Part shown: positions 1 through 8,682 of the stretch, piece by piece
How the letters are laid out: every line of letters starts with the position of its first letter
Numbering within the stretch: the first letter of the stretch is position 1
Origin: a virus
Length of the DNA: 44,573 bases
Virus genome (UHGV): UHGV-0024513
Direction: 5' to 3' (one strand)
Notes under the pieces: model-generated
Databases searched by the model: none
The model's input: the letters and a program-made list of their open reading frames with translations, nothing else
Told to the model about the DNA's origin: nothing
Program-made: the position numbers and the translations under genes

Positions 1-201
1 TTCCTCCAGTATATTTCTGATTGTCATAAGTGAATCATCAACATAGAGAAGATCGTTGATAGCGTATTTGAGCAAGTCTTGATACCGTCGATGCTCTCCG
101 CATCGTTCCTTCATTTTTCTGAGATGTTCGACGATTGCCCCGATTTCCCATTGCCGCTGCTCAAGTTCCGCATCAAGTCTGTTAAGCGCGTGCTCGTTCA
201 T
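1..201 (-). CDS. hypothetical early protein. The 5' part is at 201..1 and the ORF is open at the window start; it closes after 5 more codons if the window end is joined.
   Basis: ATG at 201..199 is preceded by GGAAGGGAG and overlaps the upstream stop (ATGA). There is no stop before coordinate 1. The frame continues into 44573..44559, reading P-C-P-K-N-stop. Confidence 0.45.
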   Translation of the reverse strand, partial: MNEHALNRLDAELEQRQWEIGAIVEHLRKMKERCGEHRRYQDLLKYAINDLLYVDDSLMTIRNILEE

Positions 202-428
202 CTCCCTTCCTCCACGGCCTTGCGCCTTTTAATCATCTCATCGGCCTTTTTGATCCAGCACAGTTTTCTGGATACGATATCCTGACAACTGTGCAGTCCC
301 CTGAGATTACATCCTTCACATCCGCCAGAGATTGCAAGCAATTCTGCCAATGCCCATACCCTTGCGGCATTTCTTTCATGTTTGGAGTTCATCTTTTCTA
401 GCAGCCTCGCGAGCGGCTTCCCGTACAT
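198..428 (-). CDS. hypothetical small protein with a CEGC motif; alternative start at 392
   Basis: Six-frame ORF on the early-left strand. Its stop overlaps the next start (ATGA). The SD is weak. Confidence 0.3.
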   Translation of the reverse strand: MYGKPLARLLEKMNSKHERNAARVWALAELLAISGGCEGCNLRGLHSCQDIVSRKLCWIKKADEMIKRRKAVEEGR

Positions 429-771
429 CTTCAGGCAACGGCGGGTTCATCGCGCCGGAGTCGATATCTGGTAATAAATCAATATCGATATAGGCGTTTG
501 CAAGCCAGATACTGAGGACATCCGCCTCCCGATCCAGCCGTGCTATCTCTACGTCTTTATACCCTAGCTGCCTGTTGAAGATTTCTCGCACGTCTTTTGT
601 CTCTTCACGCCAGAAAAATACTTCTTGCTCCAGCCTTTCTTTCTCCGTATCGGCTTCTTCCAATGCATCAAGCAGCTGGATGGTGAAAATCGCATGTTCT
701 GTATTGAAACATGTGTATGGGGATGACAGTCTTTCGCGCCACTGGTCGCGCTCTTCTTTTGATATGCTCAT
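376..771 (-). CDS. hypothetical phage early protein (131 aa)
   Basis: GGAG lies 8 nt upstream of the ATG at 771. It is in the same operon as the recombination genes. Confidence 0.5.
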   Translation of the reverse strand: MSISKEERDQWRERLSSPYTCFNTEHAIFTIQLLDALEEADTEKERLEQEVFFWREETKDVREIFNRQLGYKDVEIARLDREADVLSIWLANAYIDIDLLPDIDSGAMNPPLPEDVREAAREAARKDELQT

Positions 772-971
772 TTGTATCGCTCCAAGGTACTGCGAACTGC
801 GGAAAGTGCCCTGTCAACGAGATTAAGCGCGTCCTGCTGTTTTTCGATAAGGTCGCACAGCGCGATCACGATGTCTGGGGTAATGGCCTCGTCCCACGCC
901 TTGCCGTCCGCGCCGTTCTTGTCTGCCTCTGCGATAGCCCGGATGCGGGCGAGTTCTTCGGGGGTGATCAT
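768..971 (-). CDS. hypothetical small protein (67 aa from internal Met MITPEEL)
   Basis: AGGAG lies 8 nt upstream of the ATG at 971. The start overlaps the previous stop (ATGA). Confidence 0.4.
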   Translation of the reverse strand: MITPEELARIRAIAEADKNGADGKAWDEAITPDIVIALCDLIEKQQDALNLVDRALSAVRSTLERYK

Positions 972-1183
972 TCTTTCGGCTCCTGCACACTGTTCAGCAC
1001 TTCTTCCCAAGCTTGAGGAGTAACGTCTGAGCACCACACCTCTTTTAGAGGGCAATTTTCTGTTTCTTCGCCATATAGCAGCGGGCATCGAGTATAAACC
1101 GATGCACTGATTTTGCACATATACGCCCGCGCAATGGCCTCTTTCGAGCACTGCATGATGGATTCAAGGGAGGTTTCATTCAT
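968..1183 (-). CDS. hypothetical small Cys-containing protein (71 aa)
   Basis: ORF with ATGA coupling to the downstream gene; it has CxxC-like spacing. Confidence 0.35.
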   Translation of the reverse strand: MNETSLESIMQCSKEAIARAYMCKISASVYTRCPLLYGEETENCPLKEVWCSDVTPQAWEEVLNSVQEPKE

Positions 1184-1463
1184 TGTCCATCTCCTGTTCT
1201 ACGGCGAGAAGTGCGTACATCAGCATAGTATCCCTGTTTGGCATAAACCGCCCGACATCCTTGCAGTGATAAGCCTTTTCGTACTGATACATGAGCTTTC
1301 TTTGAACTCTCGCCTCGAACTCGGCGACGTCCTGATAATCTGGGGTAAGTGGGCAGCCATAGCGAACCAAACACCCATAACCGCAATAGTTAAGTGGACC
1401 TCCGCACAGCGCAGGTCTGTTCTTTCTTTCCTCCAGCCACTTCCTTTCCTGTTCCGTCAGCAT
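1176..1463 (-). CDS. hypothetical Cys-rich protein (C-x7-C-x3-C..C), 95 aa
   Basis: ORF on the early strand with a cysteine cluster. The RBS is weak. Confidence 0.4.
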   Translation of the reverse strand: MLTEQERKWLEERKNRPALCGGPLNYCGYGCLVRYGCPLTPDYQDVAEFEARVQRKLMYQYEKAYHCKDVGRFMPNRDTMLMYALLAVEQEMDNE

Positions 1464-1569
1464 ATTTCACCCCACGCGTTGTTCATGCAGCCGCGCCCCC
1501 TGCACACCATCCAGACCACCCACACGAAGAAGGCGACCCACACCCACGTGAGCCGCCTTTCCCATTTCG

Positions 1570-1845
1570 TCATTCTTCCACCTTTTCAAGTAATGCGACA
1601 TGAGGTCGGTAGAACTTTCCTACGCCACCAGTTTTTGATGGGACGCGAACGATATAGGACACATGATCCCTAGGATAACCAAGATGAGGTGTCCTTCTCC
1701 CATATTTCTCAGCTACCCTCGTGGCATATATCTGAGGATTCCCGCCCGCAGGTATGACGGATTCAACAATCCCTTTTTTTTCTTTCCAAAAGCCATTTGC
1801 AGAAGAAGCCCACTGTACCGTATCGCCAACCTTGAAGTTTTCCAT
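1570..1845 (-). CDS. hypothetical small protein (91 aa from MENFKVGD)
   Basis: GGAG lies 5 nt upstream of the ATG at 1845. The upstream part of the long ORF is low complexity. Confidence 0.4.
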   Translation of the reverse strand: MENFKVGDTVQWASSANGFWKEKKGIVESVIPAGGNPQIYATRVAEKYGRRTPHLGYPRDHVSYIVRVPSKTGGVGKFYRPHVALLEKVEE

Positions 1846-2047
1846 ATTGCTCCGCCTTTTCCGTCCATTTATCGCAGATTGCCAGAGCGCCAGTCTTCCA
1901 ACCATTGAGCGCACAGCGGGAACCTGCAAGGTACGATGTACCGTAGTAGCTCTTTTTCTCGATGCGCTCGATATGCTTGCAATTCGCACAATTCTTTGTG
2001 GGCGCATGTTTCTGCCAGTTTACGCTATTTTTCGTGATTCTTGGCAT
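1763..2047 (-). CDS. hypothetical Zn-ribbon-like protein (CANCKH...C), overlaps previous gene in another frame
   Basis: The ORF has a cysteine pair and a weak RBS. An 82-nt overlap with the 1570..1845 gene makes one of the two models doubtful. Confidence 0.3.
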   Translation of the reverse strand: MPRITKNSVNWQKHAPTKNCANCKHIERIEKKSYYGTSYLAGSRCALNGWKTGALAICDKWTEKAEQYGKLQGWRYGTVGFFCKWLLERKKRDC

Positions 2048-2127
2048 ATCATCCCGCGTGATTCGTATGCGCGGCCCACGGTTTGGAGTATGAAAAGCCC
2101 CGCCGGGGGAGGGCGGGGCGTGGGGTG

Positions 2128-2892
2128 CTACGCGATGACCTTCACGCCTTCGGGCAGGTTTTCAATCAGCCATGTGCGGATGTTGGCGATGGCTTCCAGC
2201 TTCCACGCGCCGCCGTCGCATTCGATGAGTTTGCAGGCCAGCGGGCTGGACTGGAGCCGGAACACGACCTTGTGCGCGGGCTGCGCGACTTCCGCAAAGG
2301 TGCTGAACGGGAAGATAACCGCAGGGGACGGTACGGGCACTTCGGCCTTACGGGCCGCGCCTTGGCGGATGGAAACCTCCTGCGACACGCCGTCGTCCTG
2401 TACGCGGACTTCCGAGGTGTCCACGAGATTGCCGCTGATCTTGATGAGCGCGTCGAGATCGTCCGAGGGGACAAAGCAGGACTGGAGATAGGGGACAAAC
2501 TCGTCGGGCGAGGTCCAGCTTCCGAAACGGTGGGCAGGGACGACGGCGTCGGCCCGCATGTACGTGGTGCGCTGCTTCCAGCCCCCAAAGGGGATGGACA
2601 TGACTTTCACGGTAGTCACATCACAAACGTGGACAAGGATCTTGCTGAGGTCCATCCCGTCGGGGTTCTGGTTGATGTAGTCCACCACGGCCTGCAAGGT
2701 GCCCACGTTGAGCGTGCCCTGAGCGGCGTCAAGGAGAGGAATCCATTCTCCTTCAAGCATAGGCTTGTAGAACCGCATCCCGTCTTCCGTGGCATGAATG
2801 GGAAGTGTGGCCTTGGCCTTGCCGTCAAGGGATTCGAGTTCCCGGCCTACGCCGATGAGGTGCCTGTCAGCTTCAATACGGTTGATTTCCAT
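2128..2892 (-). CDS. hypothetical phage protein (254 aa) downstream of recT
   Basis: AAGGA-type RBS before the ATG at 2892. It is co-oriented in the recombination operon. Confidence 0.55.
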   Translation of the reverse strand: MEINRIEADRHLIGVGRELESLDGKAKATLPIHATEDGMRFYKPMLEGEWIPLLDAAQGTLNVGTLQAVVDYINQNPDGMDLSKILVHVCDVTTVKVMSIPFGGWKQRTTYMRADAVVPAHRFGSWTSPDEFVPYLQSCFVPSDDLDALIKISGNLVDTSEVRVQDDGVSQEVSIRQGAARKAEVPVPSPAVIFPFSTFAEVAQPAHKVVFRLQSSPLACKLIECDGGAWKLEAIANIRTWLIENLPEGVKVIA

Positions 2893-2909
2893 GTGATTTT
2901 TTCCTTTTG

Positions 2910-3314
2910 TTACTGGTTGATGGGATGTTCCTCAGCCTTCTTGAACGGGGTTACGTTCACGGTCACGCTGCCATTCCCCCTGAGTTCAGAGGGCATGGTG
3001 CCGTCAAAGCGGTACTGGTCGGGGCGGTTGTCGGTGAATGACTCGAACAGCATGGGCGCGCCGTCGAGCTTGTCGAGCACGACCGGGATGGTCTGCGGTT
3101 CCTGCGGCTGGAGGTTGGTCGTCACAACGGCCTTGGATGCGATCAGCGTCCGGCTCTCGTCGGGCTTGAATGTGATTTTGAGGGTGACGGTACGGGGCTT
3201 GTCCGGCGGTGTGTTCACGTCCGCGATGTTGTCCGCGACCTTGGCAAGCGCGATGTTGACGGCTTCGACCACGCCGCCGTTGTTCATGGTTCGCATGTCG
3301 AGAGGGCTGCTCAT
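2910..3314 (-). CDS. hypothetical phage protein (134 aa)
   Basis: Strong RBS (AAGGAGAAAG) before the ATG at 3314. Confidence 0.55.
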   Translation of the reverse strand: MSSPLDMRTMNNGGVVEAVNIALAKVADNIADVNTPPDKPRTVTLKITFKPDESRTLIASKAVVTTNLQPQEPQTIPVVLDKLDGAPMLFESFTDNRPDQYRFDGTMPSELRGNGSVTVNVTPFKKAEEHPINQ

Positions 3315-3369
3315 GGCTCTTTCTCCTTATGGTAAAAGAAAGGCCCGGTGGTGAGCCGGGCCGGGGTGG

Positions 3370-4386
3370 TTATTCGGCCCACGCCGGGCATCCGGCGCGC
3401 TGTTCGCAGTCGGAGCACGTCCAGTCGCTCACCTGCGTTTCGGTTTTCGGACAGGTGATCATGTTGGCGGCGGGGGCGGGCTGCGCTTCCGGCTGCTCGG
3501 ATACTTCCGGGGCGTCCTGTTGCGCACCGTTCCGCATGGCTTCGGCGGCAAGTTGCTTGGCCTTTTCGCACTGCGCTGTGGTCCAGTTGCGGGCGTAGGC
3601 GTTCACCAGTTTTTCGACGTCCTCAAGAGGGTTGCCCGTGGCCAGCCATGCGTCCGCGGCTTCTTTGCGCCGGGCTTCCATTTCGGCGTTGGTGGGGCGG
3701 CTACGCTTGGACGGGGTATCCCTGTCCTGCGCTTCTTCCTTCATTTCCTGCACGGATACGCGATATGTCCCGTCTTCGGCGGGTTCGAGATCATACGTGT
3801 CCTGCACTTCTTCGGCGGTCTTCAAGCCCATGGCGATTTCCGGGGCGTAGGCCCGGACGAACCACGACGCCGCCCGGTAACGGAGCATCAGTTCCGGCAT
3901 GGACTGCCACTTGCTCCCGTTCTTGCCGTACCATCCTTCCTTTTTTGCCAGTCCGATAGTGATGAGCGGTCCAGCCAGCTTTTCCCCTGTGGCGAGTTCG
4001 GTAGCCACGGCGCGACATCCCCATTCATCCTTGCCTTCCTCGCCCTGAAATTCGTAGCGGATGGACGTAAACCGACCGCATTGATTGAGGGTGGCGATCA
4101 GGAATTGTGCGGACCATGCGGGGCGTCCATGCACGATATAGAGGTTCTGGCAGACCATGAGCGGGTTGGCCCCCATGCGCAGGGCCATGTCCACAGCGAT
4201 CACGCAGTTGGAGAGGTTCCCTTGGAACTGCTGCGGCACGATGTTGGAGGCCGCAAACAGTTTGGCCGTGCGCTGGATGAGTTCGAAACCGCCCACAGTA
4301 TCGAAGCCCGCCTTGATGGAAGGGTCGAGGGGCGGCACGGGCTTCTTCAATTCGGAAAGCGTGGTTGTCTGTGGCTGTTGGCTCAT
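3370..4386 (-). CDS. recT: RecT/Redbeta(Bet)-family single-strand annealing protein
   Basis: It carries the motifs NLYIVHGRPAWSAQF and SKWQSMPELMLRYRAASWFVRAY, which are typical of the Bet/RecT family. GGAG RBS. It lies immediately downstream of the exonuclease gene. Confidence 0.8.
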   Translation of the reverse strand: MSQQPQTTTLSELKKPVPPLDPSIKAGFDTVGGFELIQRTAKLFAASNIVPQQFQGNLSNCVIAVDMALRMGANPLMVCQNLYIVHGRPAWSAQFLIATLNQCGRFTSIRYEFQGEEGKDEWGCRAVATELATGEKLAGPLITIGLAKKEGWYGKNGSKWQSMPELMLRYRAASWFVRAYAPEIAMGLKTAEEVQDTYDLEPAEDGTYRVSVQEMKEEAQDRDTPSKRSRPTNAEMEARRKEAADAWLATGNPLEDVEKLVNAYARNWTTAQCEKAKQLAAEAMRNGAQQDAPEVSEQPEAQPAPAANMITCPKTETQVSDWTCSDCEQRAGCPAWAE

Positions 4387-4389
4387 GGG

Positions 4390-5193
4390 TTATCGTCTCC
4401 ATTTGCAGGTGTTGAAGATGGGGCAGTATTTTTCCCCGCACCCGTTGGAGCGGGGATTGCCGTAAAAGTTGCCGCTATGAATGAGGGTTGCGGCCATTTC
4501 GAGAAGACCGGGAAATTCTTCGTCGCCGATGAGGAGGTCCCGCCCGCCGGAGATTGTCCCTGTGGCCACGCGTTGGCCTCTTTCCGTTTTGGCGACTTGC
4601 AGCCCGATGATCTGGGCCGGGGCTTCGATGCAAATGTCCGTGCTGTGCTCGGCCAGTAGTTCGTAGACGGCGAGTTGGGCGGCATGTCCCTGTGTCTTGC
4701 AGGTTCCGTCCGCGCCGACGGCGGATTTCCCGGTTTTGATGTCGGCAATCCCATAACCGTCCTCCGTCCGCCTTACGCGGTCCACGGTTCCCGTCAGGGC
4801 GATGCCAAGATCCGCGATGTCCAGCCGTTCGCAGGTGGCCTCGACCGCTGCATAGGTTTGCCGGGGCGCGATGGTGGAGCAGTACAGGCGGTGCAGGGAG
4901 AGGGCGATACGCTCGGCTTCCGTGGGCTGGAAGTCGTCCCAAAGGACTTCTTCATCCGGCTTGTGGATGGCGTCTACAGCCGCGCCCGCCGCTTCGTCCG
5001 GGGTGATGCCCGTTCCGTTCATGCGCGAAGTGTCAAACAGCGCCGTGCTGGTGTGGACGGCGGTTCCAAGCCGTGCGGAACCGCTGGAAGGCGTCCGCAG
5101 TCCGCGGATGTTTTGGGCTTCCCAACGGGCCGGGCATTCGAACAGTCCGGCGAGGCTGGAAGCGCGGATCAAAATCGGTTCCTTGATATTCAT
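4390..5193 (-). CDS. PD-(D/E)XK exonuclease, Cas4/YqaJ-like with C-terminal 4-Cys cluster (partner of RecT)
   Basis: Start placed at the internal MNIKEP codon, which has a GGAGG RBS. It has an IADIKTGK D-x-K motif and a C-terminal C...CGEKYCPIFNTC cysteine cluster. The sequence upstream of that Met is low complexity. Confidence 0.7.
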   Translation of the reverse strand: MNIKEPILIRASSLAGLFECPARWEAQNIRGLRTPSSGSARLGTAVHTSTALFDTSRMNGTGITPDEAAGAAVDAIHKPDEEVLWDDFQPTEAERIALSLHRLYCSTIAPRQTYAAVEATCERLDIADLGIALTGTVDRVRRTEDGYGIADIKTGKSAVGADGTCKTQGHAAQLAVYELLAEHSTDICIEAPAQIIGLQVAKTERGQRVATGTISGGRDLLIGDEEFPGLLEMAATLIHSGNFYGNPRSNGCGEKYCPIFNTCKWRR

Positions 5194-5331
5194 CGTTCCG
5201 CCTCCATGCTCAGGGGTGCCATGTTGTTGAAGAGTTCTTGGTCTTCCCATTCGAAATAGCCCACGAGCAGGAAGCAGAGGACGATCAGGGCGACGCGCCA
5301 CGCGACGGGGTATTGCTCTATCCACTTCATG
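5190..5331 (-). CDS. small hydrophobic protein (46 aa, MKWIEQYPVAWRVALIVLCFLLVGYFEW...)
   Basis: ORF below 60 aa that is translationally coupled to the neighbouring genes at both ends (ATGA overlaps). It has one predicted TM segment. Confidence 0.3.
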
Positions 5332-5622
5332 CCGCGTCCCTCTTGCGTTCGGCTTCGGCAACCGTGTCGAGTCTGGCGGATACGGCGTCAATGGCGACAT
5401 CGAGTAGTCCGCGTACGGTGTTGGGGTCGAACGTGACGATGTAGTCGCGGACGTCCTCGCAGGTGCAGCGGGTGAGTTCGTTGCCGTCAATGTCGTTCAC
5501 GAATCCGAGGCCCTGCGGCTCGAAAACTTGGGGAACGCGGCAGGTTGCGGTGCGGAGATGCACCAGCCGGGAAAGTTCCGTTTCTAGCTCACGGGCGGTC
5601 ATCCTGTTCAAGTCCTTCATGG
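5327..5622 (-). CDS. hypothetical small protein (98 aa from MKDLNRMTARELE)
   Basis: GGAGAGGAA RBS before the ATG at 5622. The N-terminal extension in the long ORF is low complexity. Confidence 0.45.
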
Positions 5623-5716
5623 TTCCTCTCCTCTGCGTTGAAGTCTGGATCTGCGTCCCAATCCCGTTTCCTGCCCCGGAATCCGGGGCAAGTGTGGGGC
5701 TAGGCAAAAAAAGAAG

Positions 5717-5785
5717 TAGCCCGGTCGGGAATCGAACCCGACTGTACATGCGCGCTCAGTACCTGCATACCTTGCTAACCGGGCT
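5717..5785 (-). tRNA. tRNA-like element: canonical T-arm (TCGGG-TTCGATT-CCCGA) and 7-bp acceptor stem, but short/non-canonical D and anticodon arms, followed by a T8 tract
   Basis: GGTTCGATTCC box is present on the minus strand. AGCCCGG pairs perfectly with CCGGGCT. The element is only 69 nt, with no clean anticodon stem and no encoded CCA. Confidence 0.35.
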
Positions 5786-5796
5786 TTTCGATGGGG

Positions 5797-6075
5797 CTAG
5801 GCGGGGCGTAAATTGGCTTCTTCTACAGGCATCCAAGGGCAGTCGCTGTCTATGTAGTACCTGCGCCCTGAGCAGTAGAGGCTCTCGTCGTCTGCCCGCT
5901 CCATGACCTTTGTTATAGTCTTGTCTTCAAAGGTGCAGCCGTAATCATTTATGTACGTTACCTTATCGCCAACTTTGAATTTTAGTTTTTGGCCATTTTC
6001 AGGGGCAAACGGCTTTATTTCATCATGCTCTTTAATTAACCGTGCTATCGCTTCGTGATGACTGATACATTCCAT
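5797..6075 (-). CDS. hypothetical small protein (92 aa), lower-GC
   Basis: AGAGGGA RBS before the ATG at 6075. Confidence 0.4.
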   Translation of the reverse strand: MECISHHEAIARLIKEHDEIKPFAPENGQKLKFKVGDKVTYINDYGCTFEDKTITKVMERADDESLYCSGRRYYIDSDCPWMPVEEANLRPA

Positions 6076-6237
6076 GAGTAGTCCCTCTATCGGAATTCAA
6101 TAAATCAAGGTTATTCAATTCCTTTCTCATTTCTCTGCCCCGACTTGCTTCTTCCGCCGGGGGCTCAGGCTTGCCGCTGGTGTCCAGCTTGGGGCCTTCA
6201 TCGCGCTGATTGTCAAAGAACCGTGCGTCGCTATGAG

Positions 6238-6472
6238 CTACCAAGCCCTACACAGCGTCGCCGGGAAATCGATTCCGGGGCGCACGCCGAAGTCTTCGGG
6301 TTCTGGAAAAACTGCGGGAATCTCGGAAATTCTCATGAGTATGGTCGAGGGCATACCCTCGCCAGCTACAGCCTCCGCGAAGTCTACCGCCTTCGTCTTC
6401 GTCTCGAACTCCTCAACCAATGGGCCGCTTTCCGAATGCGAAATTACGATGAACTGTCTCATAGACATTCTC
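6238..6472 (-). CDS. hypothetical small protein (78 aa from MRQFIVISH)
   Basis: GAGGAGA lies 7 nt before the ATG at 6472. Confidence 0.35.
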
Positions 6473-6484
6473 CTCTGTTTTGAA

Positions 6485-6513
6485 ATTCGTTCCGGGATCC
6501 CAGAACCAATGAA
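6485..6513 (-). terminator. intrinsic terminator-like hairpin (GCCCGG-N7-CCGGGC + T5 on minus strand)
   Basis: GC stem followed by TTTTT on the minus strand. Confidence 0.4.
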
Positions 6514-6636
6514 AAAGCCCGGCGTAGTTCCGGGCTTCGATGATTCAAGGCAAGCACCCGACGGGGCCAATCCCCGCCGGGGCGCGCTCCCATGCGGGGC
6601 GGTGAATTGTCAGAAAGTCAACTGACCGCCCGACGC

Positions 6637-6810
6637 TCAGTACAAAAATCCTGTGATTGAACCCAAGGGAGGAACAAAGATACCTATTACGGATATGATG
6701 AATTCTTGGGCGGGAAATTCGTATTGGAACAGGTTCCAAAAATTCATGATCCAGCCAAGTGCACCCAGTACAACAACAATAGAAACCGCTATCTGTAAGA
6801 AATATCTCAT
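6637..6810 (-). CDS. small two-TM membrane peptide (57 aa, MRYFLQIAVSIVVVLGALGWIMNFW...)
   Basis: Hand-translated ORF with two hydrophobic helices, in the AT-rich island. The RBS is weak. Confidence 0.3.
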   Translation of the reverse strand: MRYFLQIAVSIVVVLGALGWIMNFWNLFQYEFPAQEFIISVIGIFVPPLGSITGFLY

Positions 6811-7158
6811 ATTATCTCACATTCTAGATGTTACGCTGCTATGGTCGGTCAACAGCTACCTTGCGTCCTTTCGGAGTACGCCATTCCACATGACGCCTTT
6901 TCTCGCCCCGGCCCCCGAAGGGCCTTTTGTCTCCACATCACCCCATTTCCTGCCGTCGCGTGCTTCCCGCTCCCAAAGGCTTGCGCTTGCCGTGCTCGTA
7001 CTTGTTAGGGCTTCCTCCGTCCGGTTCCAGCTTTCAGCGGGCCGCTGCCGCGCCGTGTTCGCCTTCCCCGTTCGTCGTGAAGACAGTGTACATTTTGATG
7101 AACAAAAGTCAATGGAAAATGTTCACCAAAAACAACAAAAATTCTCATACAACAAAAA

Positions 7159-7186
7159 ATAAGGGCACGTACATAACGTGCCCTTG
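7159..7186 (-). terminator. intrinsic terminator (AAGGGCACGT-loop-ACGTGCCCTT then T-rich) immediately after the RE-repeat ORF stop
   Basis: Perfect 10-bp stem. A T-tract follows on the minus strand. Confidence 0.6.
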
Positions 7187-7188
7187 TG

Positions 7189-7530
<342 letters not shown>

Positions 7531-7654
7531 GGAAGCACTCCATTTGATAAAGTTGATTATTGATCAGGTGATACTCCTTATATGTCTTGCATTGCTATTA
7601 GAAGAGATGTTATACTGTATTCATAGTATATGATAATAATGAATGAACAAACAA

Positions 7655-7680
7655 CCAATAAAAAGCCCCTCACGAGAGGG
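7655..7680 (-). terminator. terminator-like hairpin (GCCCCTC-ACGA-GAGGGGC) with T-run on minus strand
   Basis: Stem plus TTTTT on the minus strand. It lies downstream of the repressor operon. Confidence 0.4.
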
Positions 7681-7697
7681 GCATGGAGGTATTTATG

Positions 7698-7922
7698 GTA
7701 AGAAGAAAAAATGTATCAATTAGGGTTATGGAAGTTCAGGAATTAGCTACATTCCTTGAACAAAAAGGAATGACTCCTTCCGGTGCTTTACGCACTGCTG
7801 TTGAATGTGTATACGGAATGTTTGAAAGATTTTATACAACCAATTATACAGGTATTTTAGATCGCGATAATGATTATGATAAAAGCTGGCAGGATGTACA
7901 AGAAAAAATAGATCATTCATGA
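7698..7922 (+). CDS. hypothetical small protein (74 aa), convergent with repressor operon
   Basis: GGAGG lies 6 nt before the ATG at 7698. AT-rich. Confidence 0.35.
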   Translation, partial: VRRKNVSIRVMEVQELATFLEQKGMTPSGALRTAVECVYGMFERFYTTNYTGILDRDNDYDKSWQDVQEKIDHS

Positions 7923-8167
7923 ATATTTTGAATAGATTCAAGTGGAATTATATCCATTCTATTTCCAGTATCTCCTAATTTTTCGACTAACAAAATATAA
8001 CAAGAAAGTTTTTTACCACTGATAAGATCGTTGATTATTTCCTTTGGAATTACCTTTCGTTTACCCCATTTGCTATCTGTAACCCATATAGTTTTATTTT
8101 CATAAATATATCTTTGAAGAACTTGTTCCGCATTTGGAAAAGTACAGGGTCTTCTTTTATGTTTCAT
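7913..8167 (-). CDS. hypothetical 84-aa protein co-transcribed downstream of the repressor (rex-like position)
   Basis: Its ATG overlaps the repressor stop (ATGA). AT-rich. Confidence 0.45.
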   Translation of the reverse strand: MKHKRRPCTFPNAEQVLQRYIYENKTIWVTDSKWGKRKVIPKEIINDLISGKKLSCYILLVEKLGDTGNRMDIIPLESIQNIHE

Positions 8168-8589
8168 ATTTCCTCCTTCCCCGCTCCGGCGGGGTTTTCT
8201 TTTGCTTCAAGCAAGATCTCAATTAGCCGTGCTTGCTGGTCAATTGTTTTTTGTTGAGAATCGCATAGTTTTGTTAATCTATCTATTTCAGCGTCATGCG
8301 GTTTATCAATAGATATGGGCTTGTCTTCTCCGGGAAAAAATATTTCAGCTTTAAAGAATGCTAATAGAGCGCATAACATATCTCCTGCCATAAAAGAGGC
8401 ATCATCTTTAGCCAGCCGCTGGCTGAGTGCTGAACGAGTGAATCCTGTAGCTGATGCTATTTGTGCCACGCCACGGTATGGAACTTTTTCTATAATTTTA
8501 TCAACAAGTTGTCTGTAAAAGAAATCGCCTTTTACTGAGCCTTCCAAAGTATTTTTTTTGATCTCATTTATTTTATTTGTATTCCTCAT
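8164..8589 (-). CDS. HTH (XRE/Cro-C1-type) repressor lacking a peptidase S24 domain; CI-like
   Basis: Start placed at MRNTNK, which has a GGAGGAGG RBS. HTH segment VAQIASATGFTRSALSQRL. It is divergent from the cro-like gene. Confidence 0.6.
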   Translation of the reverse strand: MRNTNKINEIKKNTLEGSVKGDFFYRQLVDKIIEKVPYRGVAQIASATGFTRSALSQRLAKDDASFMAGDMLCALLAFFKAEIFFPGEDKPISIDKPHDAEIDRLTKLCDSQQKTIDQQARLIEILLEAKENPAGAGKEEI

Positions 8590-8653
8590 TCTTTCCTCCT
8601 CCCCACTGGCTACCAGCCATGTACACAAAAAACAACAATTAGATTTTCAAAAT

Positions 8654-8682
8654 GTTGCGTTTATGCTTTTTAAAATGTACAA
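8654..8682 (+). promoter_or_regulatory. putative pR-like promoter (TTGCGT -35, TGTACAAT extended -10) in repressor/cro intergenic region
   Basis: The hexamers were read by eye. No operators were defined. Confidence 0.3.

Noticed and set aside
2083-3354. 423-aa plus-strand ORF
   Set aside because: It runs antisense to three well-supported minus-strand genes. Its sequence is Arg/Gly-rich and low complexity, typical of high-GC shadow ORFs.
3520-4659. 379-aa plus-strand ORF
   Set aside because: Shadow of the recT and exonuclease genes, with no RBS and composition-driven sequence.
4390-5490. full 366-aa exonuclease ORF including the N-terminal 99 aa
   Set aside because: The N-terminal extension is Pro/Arg/Thr-rich with no SD. 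The internal Met has GGAGG and begins the conserved nuclease core, so the start was moved to 5193.
5717-5785. calling the tRNA-like element a bona fide tRNA gene or the attP core
   Set aside because: D and anticodon arms cannot be folded canonically. The element lies about 6.7 kb from int across the junction, whereas a convincing arm-site array lies directly next to int.
6653-7162. 169-aa plus-strand ORF in the AT-rich island
   Set aside because: It has no RBS. Its sequence is low complexity, and it runs antisense through two minus-strand terminators and a small ORF.
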